Shown piece after piece: positions 36,626 to 47,107 of a stretch of 64,000 bases of DNA. Within the stretch, counting starts at the first letter, position 1, and the number at the start of each line of letters is the position of its first letter. Below the pieces are notes generated by a model. It saw nothing but the letters and a program-made list of their open reading frames with translations, did no database searches and had not been told where the DNA came from. Source of the DNA: a virus; the IMG/VR virus record IMGVR_UViG_3300033233_000019, positions 1 to 64,000 of that record. One strand, 5' to 3'. Position numbers and translations under genes: made by a program.

Positions 36626-37285
36626 ATGAAAATTCTAATTGCGATAATGGCGTGTTGGCATCGTGAGAATTACGCGGACGCACAACGAGAGACATGGATA
36701 CGGGACATTCCGGCAGGAGTAGATTACAGATTTTTTTTCGGACCTAACGACAAACGTTTACCGAAAGCCGATGAGGTTTTTGTAACTTGCAAAGACGACT
36801 ACCGCAGCCTTCCTTTGAAGGTAAAAGAAGCAATGCAGTGGGCCTATGAACAAGGCTATGATTACGTATTCAAAACCGACGACGATGTTTATGTACGTCC
36901 TGACAGATTAATGCTTAGTGGTTTTGAGAAGTACCCATATTCCGGGTTTAGTTTTCAGGAGTATGGTGCAGTAGGTTTGGCGTATTGGTTAGATCGAGAC
37001 TGCGTGAAGTTAGCTTCAGACAGCGATCCTTGGCTTGACGCCGAAGATTCTTGGATCAGCCAATTGATGAAAAGGAATGGAGTTCCATTCCGACACGATC
37101 CAAGATATAGACTGGTTATCGTGGATCGTTTAGGTAGCAAAAACATAATTCAAGGTATGCCGGGATTTGAAAACGACATGATTGCCGTTGCAGAATTTCC
37201 CGGTCAAACAATGCATGTGCCACATCAGCATTGGAAGGATTCACTTGAGGAATACAACGAGATAATGGAGAGAGTTTTAATCTAG
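36626..37285 (+). CDS. GT31/galactosyltransferase-like glycosyltransferase
   Basis: QRETW, DDYRSLPLK, FKTDDDVYV, AEDSW; paralog of the upstream C-terminal domain. Confidence 0.8.
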   Translation: MKILIAIMACWHRENYADAQRETWIRDIPAGVDYRFFFGPNDKRLPKADEVFVTCKDDYRSLPLKVKEAMQWAYEQGYDYVFKTDDDVYVRPDRLMLSGFEKYPYSGFSFQEYGAVGLAYWLDRDCVKLASDSDPWLDAEDSWISQLMKRNGVPFRHDPRYRLVIVDRLGSKNIIQGMPGFENDMIAVAEFPGQTMHVPHQHWKDSLEEYNEIMERVLI

Positions 37286-37293
37286 GAGGATAA

Positions 37294-38292
37294 ATGGTTT
37301 TCGAGGGGGAGAGCGTACTAATTTCAGGTGGAACAGGTTCAGTAGGTAAGACTCTGGTGCGCCGCTTACTAGACAGTACAGGAACACAAGGAACACCACG
37401 TAAGATTGTGGTTCTGTCGCGGGGAGAAGCTGAGCAATATGCGATGCGCGAGTATTACCAGCGCAAAGGTACTGCGGTCAGCAAGTTGGATTTTGTAATA
37501 GGCGATGTTCGTGATTATTCTACGTTAAGTGCTTCTCTGCGCGACGTGGATATTGTCATTCATGCGGCGGCAATGAAACAAGTTCCGGCATGTGAGTATT
37601 TCCCATATGAAGCGGTTCGTACTAACGTCGAAGGCACGGAAAACATCATCAGGGCGATTCAGAACCAAGATTATCCGGTCAAGACAGTTCTTGGCATTTC
37701 AACGGATAAGGCGTGCAAACCGACTTCGTGTTATGGGATGACAAAGGCAATTCAAGAACGCCAATTAGCACATGCAAATATGCGTCATCCCTCCACGAGG
37801 TTCATCGGTGTGCGATATGGCAACGTTCTAGCATCAACTGGATCAGTCATACCACTGTTCAAGGAGCAGATTGAGAAGGGTGGCCCTGTCACCGCAACAT
37901 GTGAAGAAATGACTCGATTTTTTATGAGTCTCGACGACGCAGTGGATATTATTTTTGCAGCAATTAAGGGAGCATTGCCGGGAGAGACATACATCCCTCG
38001 TATGCCAGCCTTACGGATTTCTGATCTAGCAAAAGCCATGATTGGCAAGAAGAAAACAGAATTGAAGTACACAGGCATTCGACCCGGCGAGAAAATGCAC
38101 GAGATTTTGATCAGTGCAGACGAGATTTACCGAACTTCAGATCGCGGCAAGTATTACTCTATTGCCTCAAACCTGCCTGAAATTCAGATGCTACCCGACG
38201 AACTTTGTCTCGACAAAGAATACAGTTCTTCAGATGTGGTATTGCCGTCGAACGAAGTGATTGGGTTTTTGAAGAAAAACAGCCTTTTATAG
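37294..38292 (+). CDS. UDP-GlcNAc 4,6-dehydratase (PseB/FnlA/CapD family)
   Basis: GGTGSVG, GDVRD, HAAAMKQVPACE, ISTDKA, YGMTK, RYGNVLASTGSVIP, GIRPGEKMHE. Confidence 0.92.
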   Translation: MVFEGESVLISGGTGSVGKTLVRRLLDSTGTQGTPRKIVVLSRGEAEQYAMREYYQRKGTAVSKLDFVIGDVRDYSTLSASLRDVDIVIHAAAMKQVPACEYFPYEAVRTNVEGTENIIRAIQNQDYPVKTVLGISTDKACKPTSCYGMTKAIQERQLAHANMRHPSTRFIGVRYGNVLASTGSVIPLFKEQIEKGGPVTATCEEMTRFFMSLDDAVDIIFAAIKGALPGETYIPRMPALRISDLAKAMIGKKKTELKYTGIRPGEKMHEILISADEIYRTSDRGKYYSIASNLPEIQMLPDELCLDKEYSSSDVVLPSNEVIGFLKKNSLL

Positions 38293-38422
38293 AGTCACGA
38301 TTCATAACAGAATTTTAATAATGTGACGATGGCGTGAAGAGCGCCAATTTCTGATGGACGGGATGCTGCGGTATCCCGCCCACCAACGAAAGATATACAC
38401 TTGCAAGACGGGGAGTTGATCA

Positions 38423-38854
38423 ATGGCAAGCAAGGTGAAGGTAAGCAGAAACGCTCTTAACTACTTTCGCAAGCTGGCAAGAAGCACCGACAAAGAAATT
38501 GAAGCCTATCTCATAGGGGAAGTAGTTTCACCCCAACTTACCGTAATTCATCGTTTTGTATATACGAAGAAATATGAGAAGCAAACTACTGACGAGGTAA
38601 AGTGGTTTGATAAAGAGACAGATGCATTGAAACTAGAAGCGGGAGAGCAGAAGTTAGCAGTTGTAGGAAGTATCCATAGCCATCCGAATTATTGGCCGAT
38701 TGTTTCGGCAACGGATCATATTGCACATGTCACTGATCAAATGAGGATCATGGGAGTTTGTGCGACCATGAAACGCAAGACGATGGTCTGTTTTTGGGTC
38801 ACCGAAAGCTGTTTACCCTGCGAAATAATCTACAATGAAAAAGGGAACGACTAA
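38423..38854 (+). CDS. stand-alone JAB/MPN+ (JAMM) metalloprotease
   Basis: E...GSIHSHPNYWPIVSATD = E-xn-HxH-x7-S-x2-D. Confidence 0.8.
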   Translation: MASKVKVSRNALNYFRKLARSTDKEIEAYLIGEVVSPQLTVIHRFVYTKKYEKQTTDEVKWFDKETDALKLEAGEQKLAVVGSIHSHPNYWPIVSATDHIAHVTDQMRIMGVCATMKRKTMVCFWVTESCLPCEIIYNEKGND

Positions 38855-39128
38855 TTTACTAAAGGGTGAGATTCGCAAGGCGCTGAAGAATGAGCGTCTG
38901 ACTCCGAATCAGCGTCGTGAGTACATCTGGATGCTGGCCGAACTTGACGGGTATGTTTTCAAGTTCAAGGAAACAAAATCGCCCGAGGAATTGCCGACTG
39001 AGGATGAAATATTCGCACGAGACTCGCAAAAACGAATCAGGGAATTGCTTGGTGGAGAGGAGACACATGCAAGTACCAATGGTGAGCAGAGCGGAAGCAA
39101 AGAGGTTCTCAAAGGCGTGGAGTCATAA
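38835..39128 (+). CDS. hypothetical protein
   Basis: 97 aa in operon. Confidence 0.55.
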   Translation: MKKGTTNLLKGEIRKALKNERLTPNQRREYIWMLAELDGYVFKFKETKSPEELPTEDEIFARDSQKRIRELLGGEETHASTNGEQSGSKEVLKGVES

Positions 39129-39431
39129 AGGCGTTGCGCTTGTTATTGATGATCCATTATGCCAGTTCGCAGCAGACTTTGCGAATGTGGTGTTGAAGTC
39201 ATTCGTACAGAGCTTCGTGCAGGAGAAAGCCGAAGCCGCAAAGCCAAAAGTCAAGATCGTGGAGGGATAACATGAACGGGATGCAATATCTACAACACAG
39301 TTTTACACTGCCAGCGGGATCGACCAACATTTCCTCGCAGAAATGGGATTTGGCGTTCATGTCTCGTGAAGAGTTTGTGGCGAAGTACCAAATCTCCAAC
39401 AAAGAATATGACAAGCTTGTGAAAGGGTAAC

Positions 39432-39920
39432 ATGGAAGAAGTTTACCCTAAGCTTTGGATTGGCGACGACCAAGATTATCTGAAGATGAAAGACCGGGAA
39501 GGTTGGGCATTCGTAAGAGCGTGCAAAGAAGGGCCGGGCGGTCACCGTTCTATGGTGGGCTACACGACTCGTGGCGCTCCGAAAGGTCCGAACTATTACG
39601 CGGCGTGGAAAGACAATCATATCGCGCTGAACCTGATCGACTCCGATGATCCGTCACATATCCATGATGAGTCAATTCTTCCTGCTCTTGAATTTATCAA
39701 GAAATTCTTGAGCGAAGGCAACAATGTTTTGGTTGCGTGCAACAAAGGCCACAGTCGAGGCCCAAGCATCACAATGATGTTCTTGGGAATGATTCACGAT
39801 CTGCCCTCAAACTTCAGAGAGGCATTCCGGGTCTTCAAGATTTTGTATCCGAAGTACGATCCGGCACAGGGAATTGAGTTCTACGTGAAGCATAAATACG
39901 CTTCTCTGACAAAGGAATAA
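39432..39920 (+). CDS. dual-specificity protein phosphatase
   Basis: EEVYPKLWIG; P-loop LVACNKGHSRG (CX5R). Confidence 0.85.
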   Translation: MEEVYPKLWIGDDQDYLKMKDREGWAFVRACKEGPGGHRSMVGYTTRGAPKGPNYYAAWKDNHIALNLIDSDDPSHIHDESILPALEFIKKFLSEGNNVLVACNKGHSRGPSITMMFLGMIHDLPSNFREAFRVFKILYPKYDPAQGIEFYVKHKYASLTKE

Positions 39921-39921
39921 C

Positions 39922-40467
39922 ATGGCAGATGATACCAGAGTTTCGGAAGAGCAGAAAGCGCAGTTGTCCAAACGGCGCGGACAGGCGGCGGCACAGATCG
40001 TCGATCCTGAAGAGCGCAGAAAGTTCATTTCGGCGCAGGGAGACGCGGAAGCGGCCAACAAGGGCGAACTTCCCGTTGCGAAGGCAAAGAAAATGAGTGA
40101 AGAGTCTGGACTGATGGGCTACAAGAAAGGCACACCTTATGTGCCGAAGACTGGTGCAGCAATTGTTCACAAAGGTGAGCGCGTTGTACCCGCCGAAAAG
40201 AATAACCCGATGGGCCTTGCGGAAGCAGCTTTGGGTCACCAAGATCGTGAACCAGCAGATAAGCCAGCAAAGCGCATCAAAGAAATTCGTACTCGTAAGA
40301 CTAAAAACGGCGCTTTCATACATGAACACCATCACACACGACCGGACGTGCATCCTATGGAAGAGCACGCATCGGCGGATCAGGAAGCCATGCTTTCTCA
40401 TATGGGATCACAGGCACCTAATATGGGTGAGTCTGAACCTGCACAAGCGGAAGGCGCAAGCGAGTAA
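39922..40467 (+). CDS. hypothetical protein upstream of TerL
   Basis: 181 aa; YKKGTPYVPKTGAAIVHKGERVVP; His-rich segment. Confidence 0.65.
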   Translation: MADDTRVSEEQKAQLSKRRGQAAAQIVDPEERRKFISAQGDAEAANKGELPVAKAKKMSEESGLMGYKKGTPYVPKTGAAIVHKGERVVPAEKNNPMGLAEAALGHQDREPADKPAKRIKEIRTRKTKNGAFIHEHHHTRPDVHPMEEHASADQEAMLSHMGSQAPNMGESEPAQAEGASE

Positions 40468-40469
40468 AC

Positions 40470-42437
40470 ATGAAATACGCGAAACTCTTGGAGAACGAGT
40501 CCGACGCATTAACCCTCAATCCGAATTGGCAGCATGTTGGTAAGACCAAACCGGATTTGATGGCAAACGCGAAGGCAAGCTTCAAGAGATTGACAGCACC
40601 AGATCAGACATTGGTCGATGCGTCATGGACAAAGTATTGTCTTGCTGAAAAGATTGCGTACAATCTGGAAGATGCAGTTTGGTTTCGTTATCTAGCGCAG
40701 ACAAATTTGTTCTTTCTCTGCAACTTGCTTGAGAAGTACCAGCACATTACGTTTGACGCGCACGAAGAAATTTGCAACAAGTTTTTCGTCCGCAAAGACC
40801 CGACGTTCGCAACGTTCCGCGACTTCGCATCTGCATACGTCGAATTGAAAGAACGGTTGCTGCTCGTACCTCGTGGCGGCTTCAAGTCGTCGATTGACAT
40901 TGCAGACTGTATCCAGTACATCATCAATTATCCAGAAGTAACCATCTTGATTATGACTGGTGTGTACAAACTGGCGCAAGACTTCGTGGGTGAATTGCGT
41001 GGACACTTTGAGAAGGCAGTAGCCAGCGTAGATTCAAAAGACAAGAAAACCTATGGTCACCGGATCATGGATGATGGCACCGTCAGTTTGTTTCAGGTAT
41101 TGTTTCCTGAGCACTGCGTGATCCCCACTGAGGGGAGCAGCCTTGAGTTTCAAACGCCAGCCTGTAAGGTTCCTGACAAGGAGCCAACAGTCATGGCGGC
41201 ATCTATTGAGCAGTCATTGTCAGGTTGGCACTTTTGTATTGTGAAAGCCGACGACGTTGTGACTAACGAAAACTCGCAGACAATCACTCGTTTGCAGACA
41301 GTAGAACGTCAGTTGAGTATCAACAAAGCTATGTTGCACCCGTTCGGTTTTTTTGACAAGATTGGAACGTGGTACGACGAAGCAGACATTTACGGCATCG
41401 ATATTAAGCGTGCCGAAGACCTTATCAAAGAGAACTTGCAACCTGACACTATCATCTACTTGAAGGCGTGTTGGGAACCGACAGAACAAGCAAAGAAGCT
41501 TGGTAAGATCGAAGAAGAAATGGTCGAAGCCGATTGGAAGCTTTGGTTTCCAAAGGATCGCAGTGGTATCCAACGTTTGTCTTACAAATTTCTGATGGCA
41601 GAAAAGCGTAAGAACGTTGAAATGTTCGCAATTAAGTATCTCAACGATCCACGCAAGGTTCATCAGGTCAAGTTCCCGCATGAACTTCTGATGCGTAGAA
41701 CGATCCCTGCTTCGCAGCTTCCCCATACCGGGATGATTGTGCAGACATGGGATACAGCGTATTCATTGCAGAGTTGGGCCGACTACACGGTTGGCGTTAC
41801 TGCGTTGATCTATGCTGGCAGGTTCTACATTATCGATTGCGTGCGCGGCAGGTTCAATGATATTGAACTTCCACGCATTATCGCAACGACTGGCTACAAG
41901 TGGAAGCCGAAAAGAATTGCAGTTGAGGAATCAGTAGGAGTCAAGTGGATGAATCGAGAGATTCGCCGCGAAATGGACAAGCTGAACATCAGCATTCCTA
42001 TTGAGTATGTTCCTCTTGGGGTAGGTAACAAGACTCGCGCCAAGGAAATGAAGGCAAAACCAGTTCTTAGGTTACTTGGCGACGAACGGTTGTTTTTCAG
42101 CAAGTCGTCCGCGTCATTAGAGGAAATGTTCACTGAACTGGAAGGTTTCCCGAACAAGACGCACGACGATGTTGTGTCGGCGCTGTCAATTCTGGTAGAA
42201 CAGTTTGGCGCATACGCTGACATGGAAGCGCGGGTAAATTTTGCAGCTTCCGATTTCACAGCCGATCAAAAGTCTAAGGCGCAGCACGAGCGTATGTACT
42301 GCGATGGTGCTTACTCAAAGTACAACCAGAATTTCGCTCTGACTGAGGACAACATGATGGACATATCCTCACGACAGGAAATTCCTCAAGCACCTGACCC
42401 GATGGACGTGAATCCATTGGCCGATCTAGGAATATAA
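40470..42437 (+). CDS. terL: terminase large subunit
   Basis: LVPRGGFKS, GWH...DD, IGTWY, YLNDP; RNase H-like WDTA...DYTVG, FP..THDDVVSA. Confidence 0.88.
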   Translation: MKYAKLLENESDALTLNPNWQHVGKTKPDLMANAKASFKRLTAPDQTLVDASWTKYCLAEKIAYNLEDAVWFRYLAQTNLFFLCNLLEKYQHITFDAHEEICNKFFVRKDPTFATFRDFASAYVELKERLLLVPRGGFKSSIDIADCIQYIINYPEVTILIMTGVYKLAQDFVGELRGHFEKAVASVDSKDKKTYGHRIMDDGTVSLFQVLFPEHCVIPTEGSSLEFQTPACKVPDKEPTVMAASIEQSLSGWHFCIVKADDVVTNENSQTITRLQTVERQLSINKAMLHPFGFFDKIGTWYDEADIYGIDIKRAEDLIKENLQPDTIIYLKACWEPTEQAKKLGKIEEEMVEADWKLWFPKDRSGIQRLSYKFLMAEKRKNVEMFAIKYLNDPRKVHQVKFPHELLMRRTIPASQLPHTGMIVQTWDTAYSLQSWADYTVGVTALIYAGRFYIIDCVRGRFNDIELPRIIATTGYKWKPKRIAVEESVGVKWMNREIRREMDKLNISIPIEYVPLGVGNKTRAKEMKAKPVLRLLGDERLFFSKSSASLEEMFTELEGFPNKTHDDVVSALSILVEQFGAYADMEARVNFAASDFTADQKSKAQHERMYCDGAYSKYNQNFALTEDNMMDISSRQEIPQAPDPMDVNPLADLGI

Positions 42438-42446
42438 GGATACCCA

Positions 42447-44570
42447 ATGGCAGACGAACAAAGATTGGAAAAAGACGGTAATCCAAACGCCCAACTTGGT
42501 GCTGAAGATTACACATCGACGGGCGAAATCAAGACACTATCTGGTGATTTGGCACTCGTGGTTGGGTCAGCGCAAAGTGCAGAACAATTCATTGCGAATA
42601 AGCAGTGGCATTTGCTCTGGCGTGATGCGGATTTGCTGTATCAAGCGCCACGTCCAATGTCTGTGTATGAGAACACATACATTCTGGAACCTAACGTTCA
42701 GCGATTCACCGTCGCTAAAGTGTGCAACGCAGTTGTACCGCAGTTGTACAAAGGTCTTTTCTACGATGATCCTCCGATGGTTCTGCGCCCACGCGCAGGT
42801 ACACGTCAGGAAATCGTTGACGCAAACTCAACTCTGTTCTCCTATATGTTGGACGCTTGCAATTTCAAGCGCGAAACCAAGTGGGGTCTGGAACAGATGG
42901 CTCATCTTGGAACATCGATTTGGAAGTGGGGTCTAAAGTACGAGAAGGTATTGGTTCAGAAGCGCACGGCGACACGCATCAACATCACACAAGGTTCCGC
43001 AGAGTCGGAAACTTCGGAAGTAGTTGTGTCTGACGATCTGCCTAACATCACCACTACCGAAAAGATCGTTCCTCGTCCGTTCTTTGAGTACCGGGAAATC
43101 TCCCGCGTGTTGCTTGATAGTCATACCGAAGTCGGTGATATCCGTGAAGCTAAGTGGGTATGCGATGTTCGATACATGGACTTCTATGACATGCAGGACT
43201 TGCAAGAGTCCATGACTGACAAAGACGGAAAACTGACCGAAGACGGTTGGGATTTTCCAAAGGACATGAAGGATTTGTGGTGTGAGCCTAGCGGCGGTGC
43301 ATCCGAAGCGCCAGCAGTACGCGCCTCTGAGCAGCAGTCTATGGTTCGTGGCGTAGTTCATCACGCCGAAGACGTAAATGTGAAGAATAGTCCCGATCCG
43401 CTTCGCAAGAAGCTGGAAGTTTTGGAATATTGGGACAAGAAACGAAAAATTCTCGTGTTGGGTCGCAAGAAAGTGATCTACACAGGGAAAAATCCGTTCA
43501 ACCAGATTCCATTTCTCAGCGCAAACTGGTGGAATCGACGTAAAGCATTTTATGGCATGGGTCTTGGCCTGATCGTGGGTCAAAATCAGCGCGTTGATCA
43601 AGGAACAATCAATGCAATTCTGAAAATCCTCAGTTTCGGCATCAATCCGATCTATCTGCGTAAGCGCGACAGCAATTCGCCCACACAGATGATCAGAACT
43701 GGTCTAGGAAAGATTCTGACCGTCGATGGCGAAGTCGAAAAGGCTTACAAGCTGATGGATACTCCGAAAGTACCGAACGAAGTTTGGTCGGCACTTCAGG
43801 AATCAGAACGCGCAACAGAATCTTCTTCTGGTGCAGATCAGATGCTTGTGCAGGGCAGCACCGCTGGCCCACGTACATCGATGGGGCGTACAGCGGGTGG
43901 TGCAAACATCCTCGCGGGTGCTAGTGCAACTCGTTTGGACGGGCCGCTTGACAATTTCATTGGTCAAGTGTTCACTCCGTTCCTGTACATTCTCGACTTT
44001 CTGATTTTCAACTACGTGCCAGATAAGGAAATCGTTTCCATTCTTGGTGATGAACTTGGCAAGGAATATGCCAAATCGCTCGACATGCAAGAGTTCCACG
44101 ATGCCAAGTACGAGTACGAAGTTCTCGCTGGCGCAAGTCTGGCTGCAAAGCGCACAATGGCACAGTCCATGACGCTGATCACTCAGATTTTCTCGCAGCC
44201 GAACATCCAAGAGAATTTGGCAGACATTAACGAAGAGTACATCGACTTCAAGCCAATCTTGAGTATGTGGATGGAAGCTTCGGAGTGGAAGAACAAGCAG
44301 GATATCATCAAGAAAATGACTCCTGCAATGAAACAGAAACGCGCAGCAGCACAGCAAGCGGCGCAGCAGCAAACCAAGGCAGCTATTCAGCAGCAGACTG
44401 ATCAGCAAAAATTCCAGCAGAAACAGCAGTTGGAAGATCAGGCAACTGAGGGCCGAATCAAGCGTGACTTGGTGAGAGAAGCTTTCCGCAAAACGTCAGG
44501 CAGTCAAGCTTCAGAGGGAGTTTCCAATCCTAAAGGTCTAGGCGGCGAAGAGACACCGTTTGGTGCATAA
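42447..44570 (+). CDS. portal protein (P22-like)
   Basis: 707 aa after TerL; PF...FYGMG, RTAGG motif, Gln-rich C-terminal barrel. Confidence 0.85.
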   Translation: MADEQRLEKDGNPNAQLGAEDYTSTGEIKTLSGDLALVVGSAQSAEQFIANKQWHLLWRDADLLYQAPRPMSVYENTYILEPNVQRFTVAKVCNAVVPQLYKGLFYDDPPMVLRPRAGTRQEIVDANSTLFSYMLDACNFKRETKWGLEQMAHLGTSIWKWGLKYEKVLVQKRTATRINITQGSAESETSEVVVSDDLPNITTTEKIVPRPFFEYREISRVLLDSHTEVGDIREAKWVCDVRYMDFYDMQDLQESMTDKDGKLTEDGWDFPKDMKDLWCEPSGGASEAPAVRASEQQSMVRGVVHHAEDVNVKNSPDPLRKKLEVLEYWDKKRKILVLGRKKVIYTGKNPFNQIPFLSANWWNRRKAFYGMGLGLIVGQNQRVDQGTINAILKILSFGINPIYLRKRDSNSPTQMIRTGLGKILTVDGEVEKAYKLMDTPKVPNEVWSALQESERATESSSGADQMLVQGSTAGPRTSMGRTAGGANILAGASATRLDGPLDNFIGQVFTPFLYILDFLIFNYVPDKEIVSILGDELGKEYAKSLDMQEFHDAKYEYEVLAGASLAAKRTMAQSMTLITQIFSQPNIQENLADINEEYIDFKPILSMWMEASEWKNKQDIIKKMTPAMKQKRAAAQQAAQQQTKAAIQQQTDQQKFQQKQQLEDQATEGRIKRDLVREAFRKTSGSQASEGVSNPKGLGGEETPFGA

Positions 44571-44579
44571 TGGAGGATT

Positions 44580-44939
44580 ATGAATATCGAACCGGATGTT
44601 GAACTAACAGGGATCGAGAGAGCGCACTTGTCAGTGTGGCTGTCTGATCCAAGCTTCAAAATCGTGCAGAAACTTTTGGAAGATGAGGTTAAGAAATTCA
44701 ACATTAGCCTCATCAATGCTACTACCCCGGAAGAAGTTGTGGTTCGTCACAGCTATGCTAAGGTAGCGGCGCAGATTTATTTGGGGCTGATCAACCGGAT
44801 ACAAACTGAAGTGGAGTTTTACACAAAGTCTCCGAAACCTTCAGACAAGCCAGTTGACCCGACAGAAGAATCGTTGGATTTGGGCGACCTTGCAGAAGCA
44901 ATGGCCGATGTACCAAATCTGATGGAAATTGAGCCGTAA
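44580..44939 (+). CDS. hypothetical head-associated protein
   Basis: GGAGG RBS; lies between portal and scaffold. Confidence 0.65.
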   Translation: MNIEPDVELTGIERAHLSVWLSDPSFKIVQKLLEDEVKKFNISLINATTPEEVVVRHSYAKVAAQIYLGLINRIQTEVEFYTKSPKPSDKPVDPTEESLDLGDLAEAMADVPNLMEIEP

Positions 44940-45000
44940 GCGGAACGTCCGCTATAGAAATCGTAGAGCGTAACAAACGCGCTATAAATGTGGAGTAATT

Positions 45001-45963
45001 ATGTCAGACGAAACACCCGTTGTGGAAACACCCGTCGTGGAGCCAGCCGCTCCTGTAACGCCAACTGAGGTTGTGTACGAATACCAACCCGTAGATGATC
45101 TTGGTCGCCCGTTGGGTGCCAAGCAGGTTTTCAAAGGAAAAGATTTTCAGGAAATCGCAAACAAGATTGCCGAATCGAATATGAATCTGGTGAAGCTCAA
45201 TCGTGACCTGAACCGGAAGAATCGTCTTGGCGAGTTTGTTCCCGATAACATTCCTGAGACAGCAAAACGCATCAATCGTGACGCTGTGGACTTTCGTCCG
45301 CGTCCGTTGACCGACGAGGAGCGCATTTCGTTGGCGCATGACATGGCTGATCCGGCCAAGTTTGATGAGGCTTCGGATCGCTTGTTTACAGCCAAGATTG
45401 GCGCAAGTCCTAAGCGCATCAGCGAAGTGCTGACAAGCGCACAAGACGATATCGCGGCAATGCGAACCAAAGAGGAAGGCGACCTTTTCGTTAAGGCCAA
45501 TCCTTCTTACTACGTTTGCATGGAAAATTTCAGAACCATCGCTAACTGGATGATGAAGAACGATCTAGCACCAGTTCGTGAAAACTTTCAACTTGCATTT
45601 GACACGCTGAAACCAGTCGGATTACTGGTAGAAGCTCCAATCCCGCGTGAGGATCATCCACCTGTCGTTGCGGCACCAGTCGTAGCGCCTGTAGTGGAAC
45701 AACCTCCGGTAAATTCGCAACCGGAGCCGGAACCCGTTAGTCGGATTACTAACGACGAGCCGCAGACGCAGCCAAAGCGTACACCTAGAGTAGCATCTGG
45801 ATTAACCCGTGACCAAGGCTCAGACTTTGGCACACCTTCCAAGAGCAATACTCTAACGGTGGCAGAGATCGAAGCAATGTCTTCGGAAGTTTACAAGAAG
45901 CGTTTATTGACCGAACCCGGCTTTTCAAAAGCTGTGGATGAGGCATACGCTCCAAAGAAATAA
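45001..45963 (+). CDS. capsid scaffolding protein
   Basis: Acidic/Pro-rich helical protein directly before the capsid gene; C-terminal IEAMSSEVYKK. Confidence 0.7.
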   Translation: MSDETPVVETPVVEPAAPVTPTEVVYEYQPVDDLGRPLGAKQVFKGKDFQEIANKIAESNMNLVKLNRDLNRKNRLGEFVPDNIPETAKRINRDAVDFRPRPLTDEERISLAHDMADPAKFDEASDRLFTAKIGASPKRISEVLTSAQDDIAAMRTKEEGDLFVKANPSYYVCMENFRTIANWMMKNDLAPVRENFQLAFDTLKPVGLLVEAPIPREDHPPVVAAPVVAPVVEQPPVNSQPEPEPVSRITNDEPQTQPKRTPRVASGLTRDQGSDFGTPSKSNTLTVAEIEAMSSEVYKKRLLTEPGFSKAVDEAYAPKK

Positions 45964-46000
45964 CCGATCATTCAACTTCGTCTCAGGATAGGGTAACTAT

Positions 46001-47032
46001 ATGAGTTTCTCTCCTAGCTCCAACGCGCAGTCGAATCTTCCACAGAGCACCGTGAAGTATTACGACAAAAAGTTCCGCGAGAACTTGAAAGCGCAGACCC
46101 CATTCGTCGCTTGTTCGGAACGTCTCGACCTGCCGATGAAGTCTGGTAACCAGTACCAGATGTTTATGTACGTTCCCCTGGCGGCAAACGTGACCGCACA
46201 GACTGAAGGTACAGTCGGCAACGGCATCGCGGTGTCCGTTCTGACAAACACAGCGACCATCGGTGAGTACGCCGATTACGCTAACTTCTCTTCGCTGTCT
46301 CTCGCTACCGCGATTGACAACACCGTCGAGAACGTTGCGCGTGAAATGTCGTACCGTCTTGGTGAGTCTCTGAGCGCACTGGTTCGTGCGACTGCTGATG
46401 GCGCAAGCGCCATTGACAGTTCCGTGCTGACCTCGCTGGCTGCAACTTCCACGACTTCGTTTACGGCCCTGAGCCTGTCTCAGATTCGTAACAGCGTGCA
46501 GAGTATGGCTGGCCGCTCGATTCGTCCTTTCGACGAAGCAAGCAAGGCATTCTGTGGCGTTATCCACCCGTTCGCCCTTGGCGACGTGCTGGCTGACAAC
46601 AGCAACGATGCCCCGCTCGACATGCTGAAGCACACCCCCGTGGGTCTGGCACGCATGGAAGAGCTGATTTCGGTCGATCTGACTGAAGTGATTGAACTGC
46701 CGTCCAGCGGTGTTCAATTCTTCCAGACGAACCAAGTCACCACGACAGGGACATACAAGTCCGTGTCGAACCTGACTGCACTGCGTACCTACATCTTCGG
46801 GCGCGATGGGATTTACTCCATCAACCTTGGAGCACAGGGTGACACAGGCTTCGGTGATGGTGAATGGCGCAACATCAAGTGCAACATCGTTCAGAACGCT
46901 GAACCGACTGTTGCCGATCCTGAAGGGCTGATCCCCGGATGGACAAGCTATCGTGTTCACTTCACGACTTCGCTTGGACCGGATACCACTATCCGTATGC
47001 GTCAGATTGATGCTGCTTCGGCAATCAGCTAA
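46001..47032 (+). CDS. major capsid protein (N4-gp56-like HK97 fold)
   Basis: 343 aa; LPMKSG, TEG, EYADY, VIHP...D, ADP..L..W; strong codon bias; followed by a terminator. Confidence 0.85.
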   Translation: MSFSPSSNAQSNLPQSTVKYYDKKFRENLKAQTPFVACSERLDLPMKSGNQYQMFMYVPLAANVTAQTEGTVGNGIAVSVLTNTATIGEYADYANFSSLSLATAIDNTVENVAREMSYRLGESLSALVRATADGASAIDSSVLTSLAATSTTSFTALSLSQIRNSVQSMAGRSIRPFDEASKAFCGVIHPFALGDVLADNSNDAPLDMLKHTPVGLARMEELISVDLTEVIELPSSGVQFFQTNQVTTTGTYKSVSNLTALRTYIFGRDGIYSINLGAQGDTGFGDGEWRNIKCNIVQNAEPTVADPEGLIPGWTSYRVHFTTSLGPDTTIRMRQIDAASAIS

Positions 47033-47053
47033 TCACTGATAAGAAGAAATTGA

Positions 47054-47092
47054 TGAGGGTGTCAAAATCATTGGCACCCTCACAATCGTTTT
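47054..47092 (+). terminator. stem-loop after capsid gene
   Basis: TGAGGGTGTCAA/TTGGCACCCTCA hairpin followed by a T-rich tract. Confidence 0.6.
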
Positions 47093-47107
47093 GAAAGGAC
47101 AAATTCT

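Noticed and set aside
38352-38392. CTGATGG...CGAAAG hammerhead-like or CCA-ended minihelix
   Set aside because: Core is CUGAUGG rather than CUGANGA, with no stems I/III; better explained as a simple hairpin
45983-46960. 325-aa antisense ORF
   Set aside because: Mirror of the codon-biased capsid gene; no RBS or motifs
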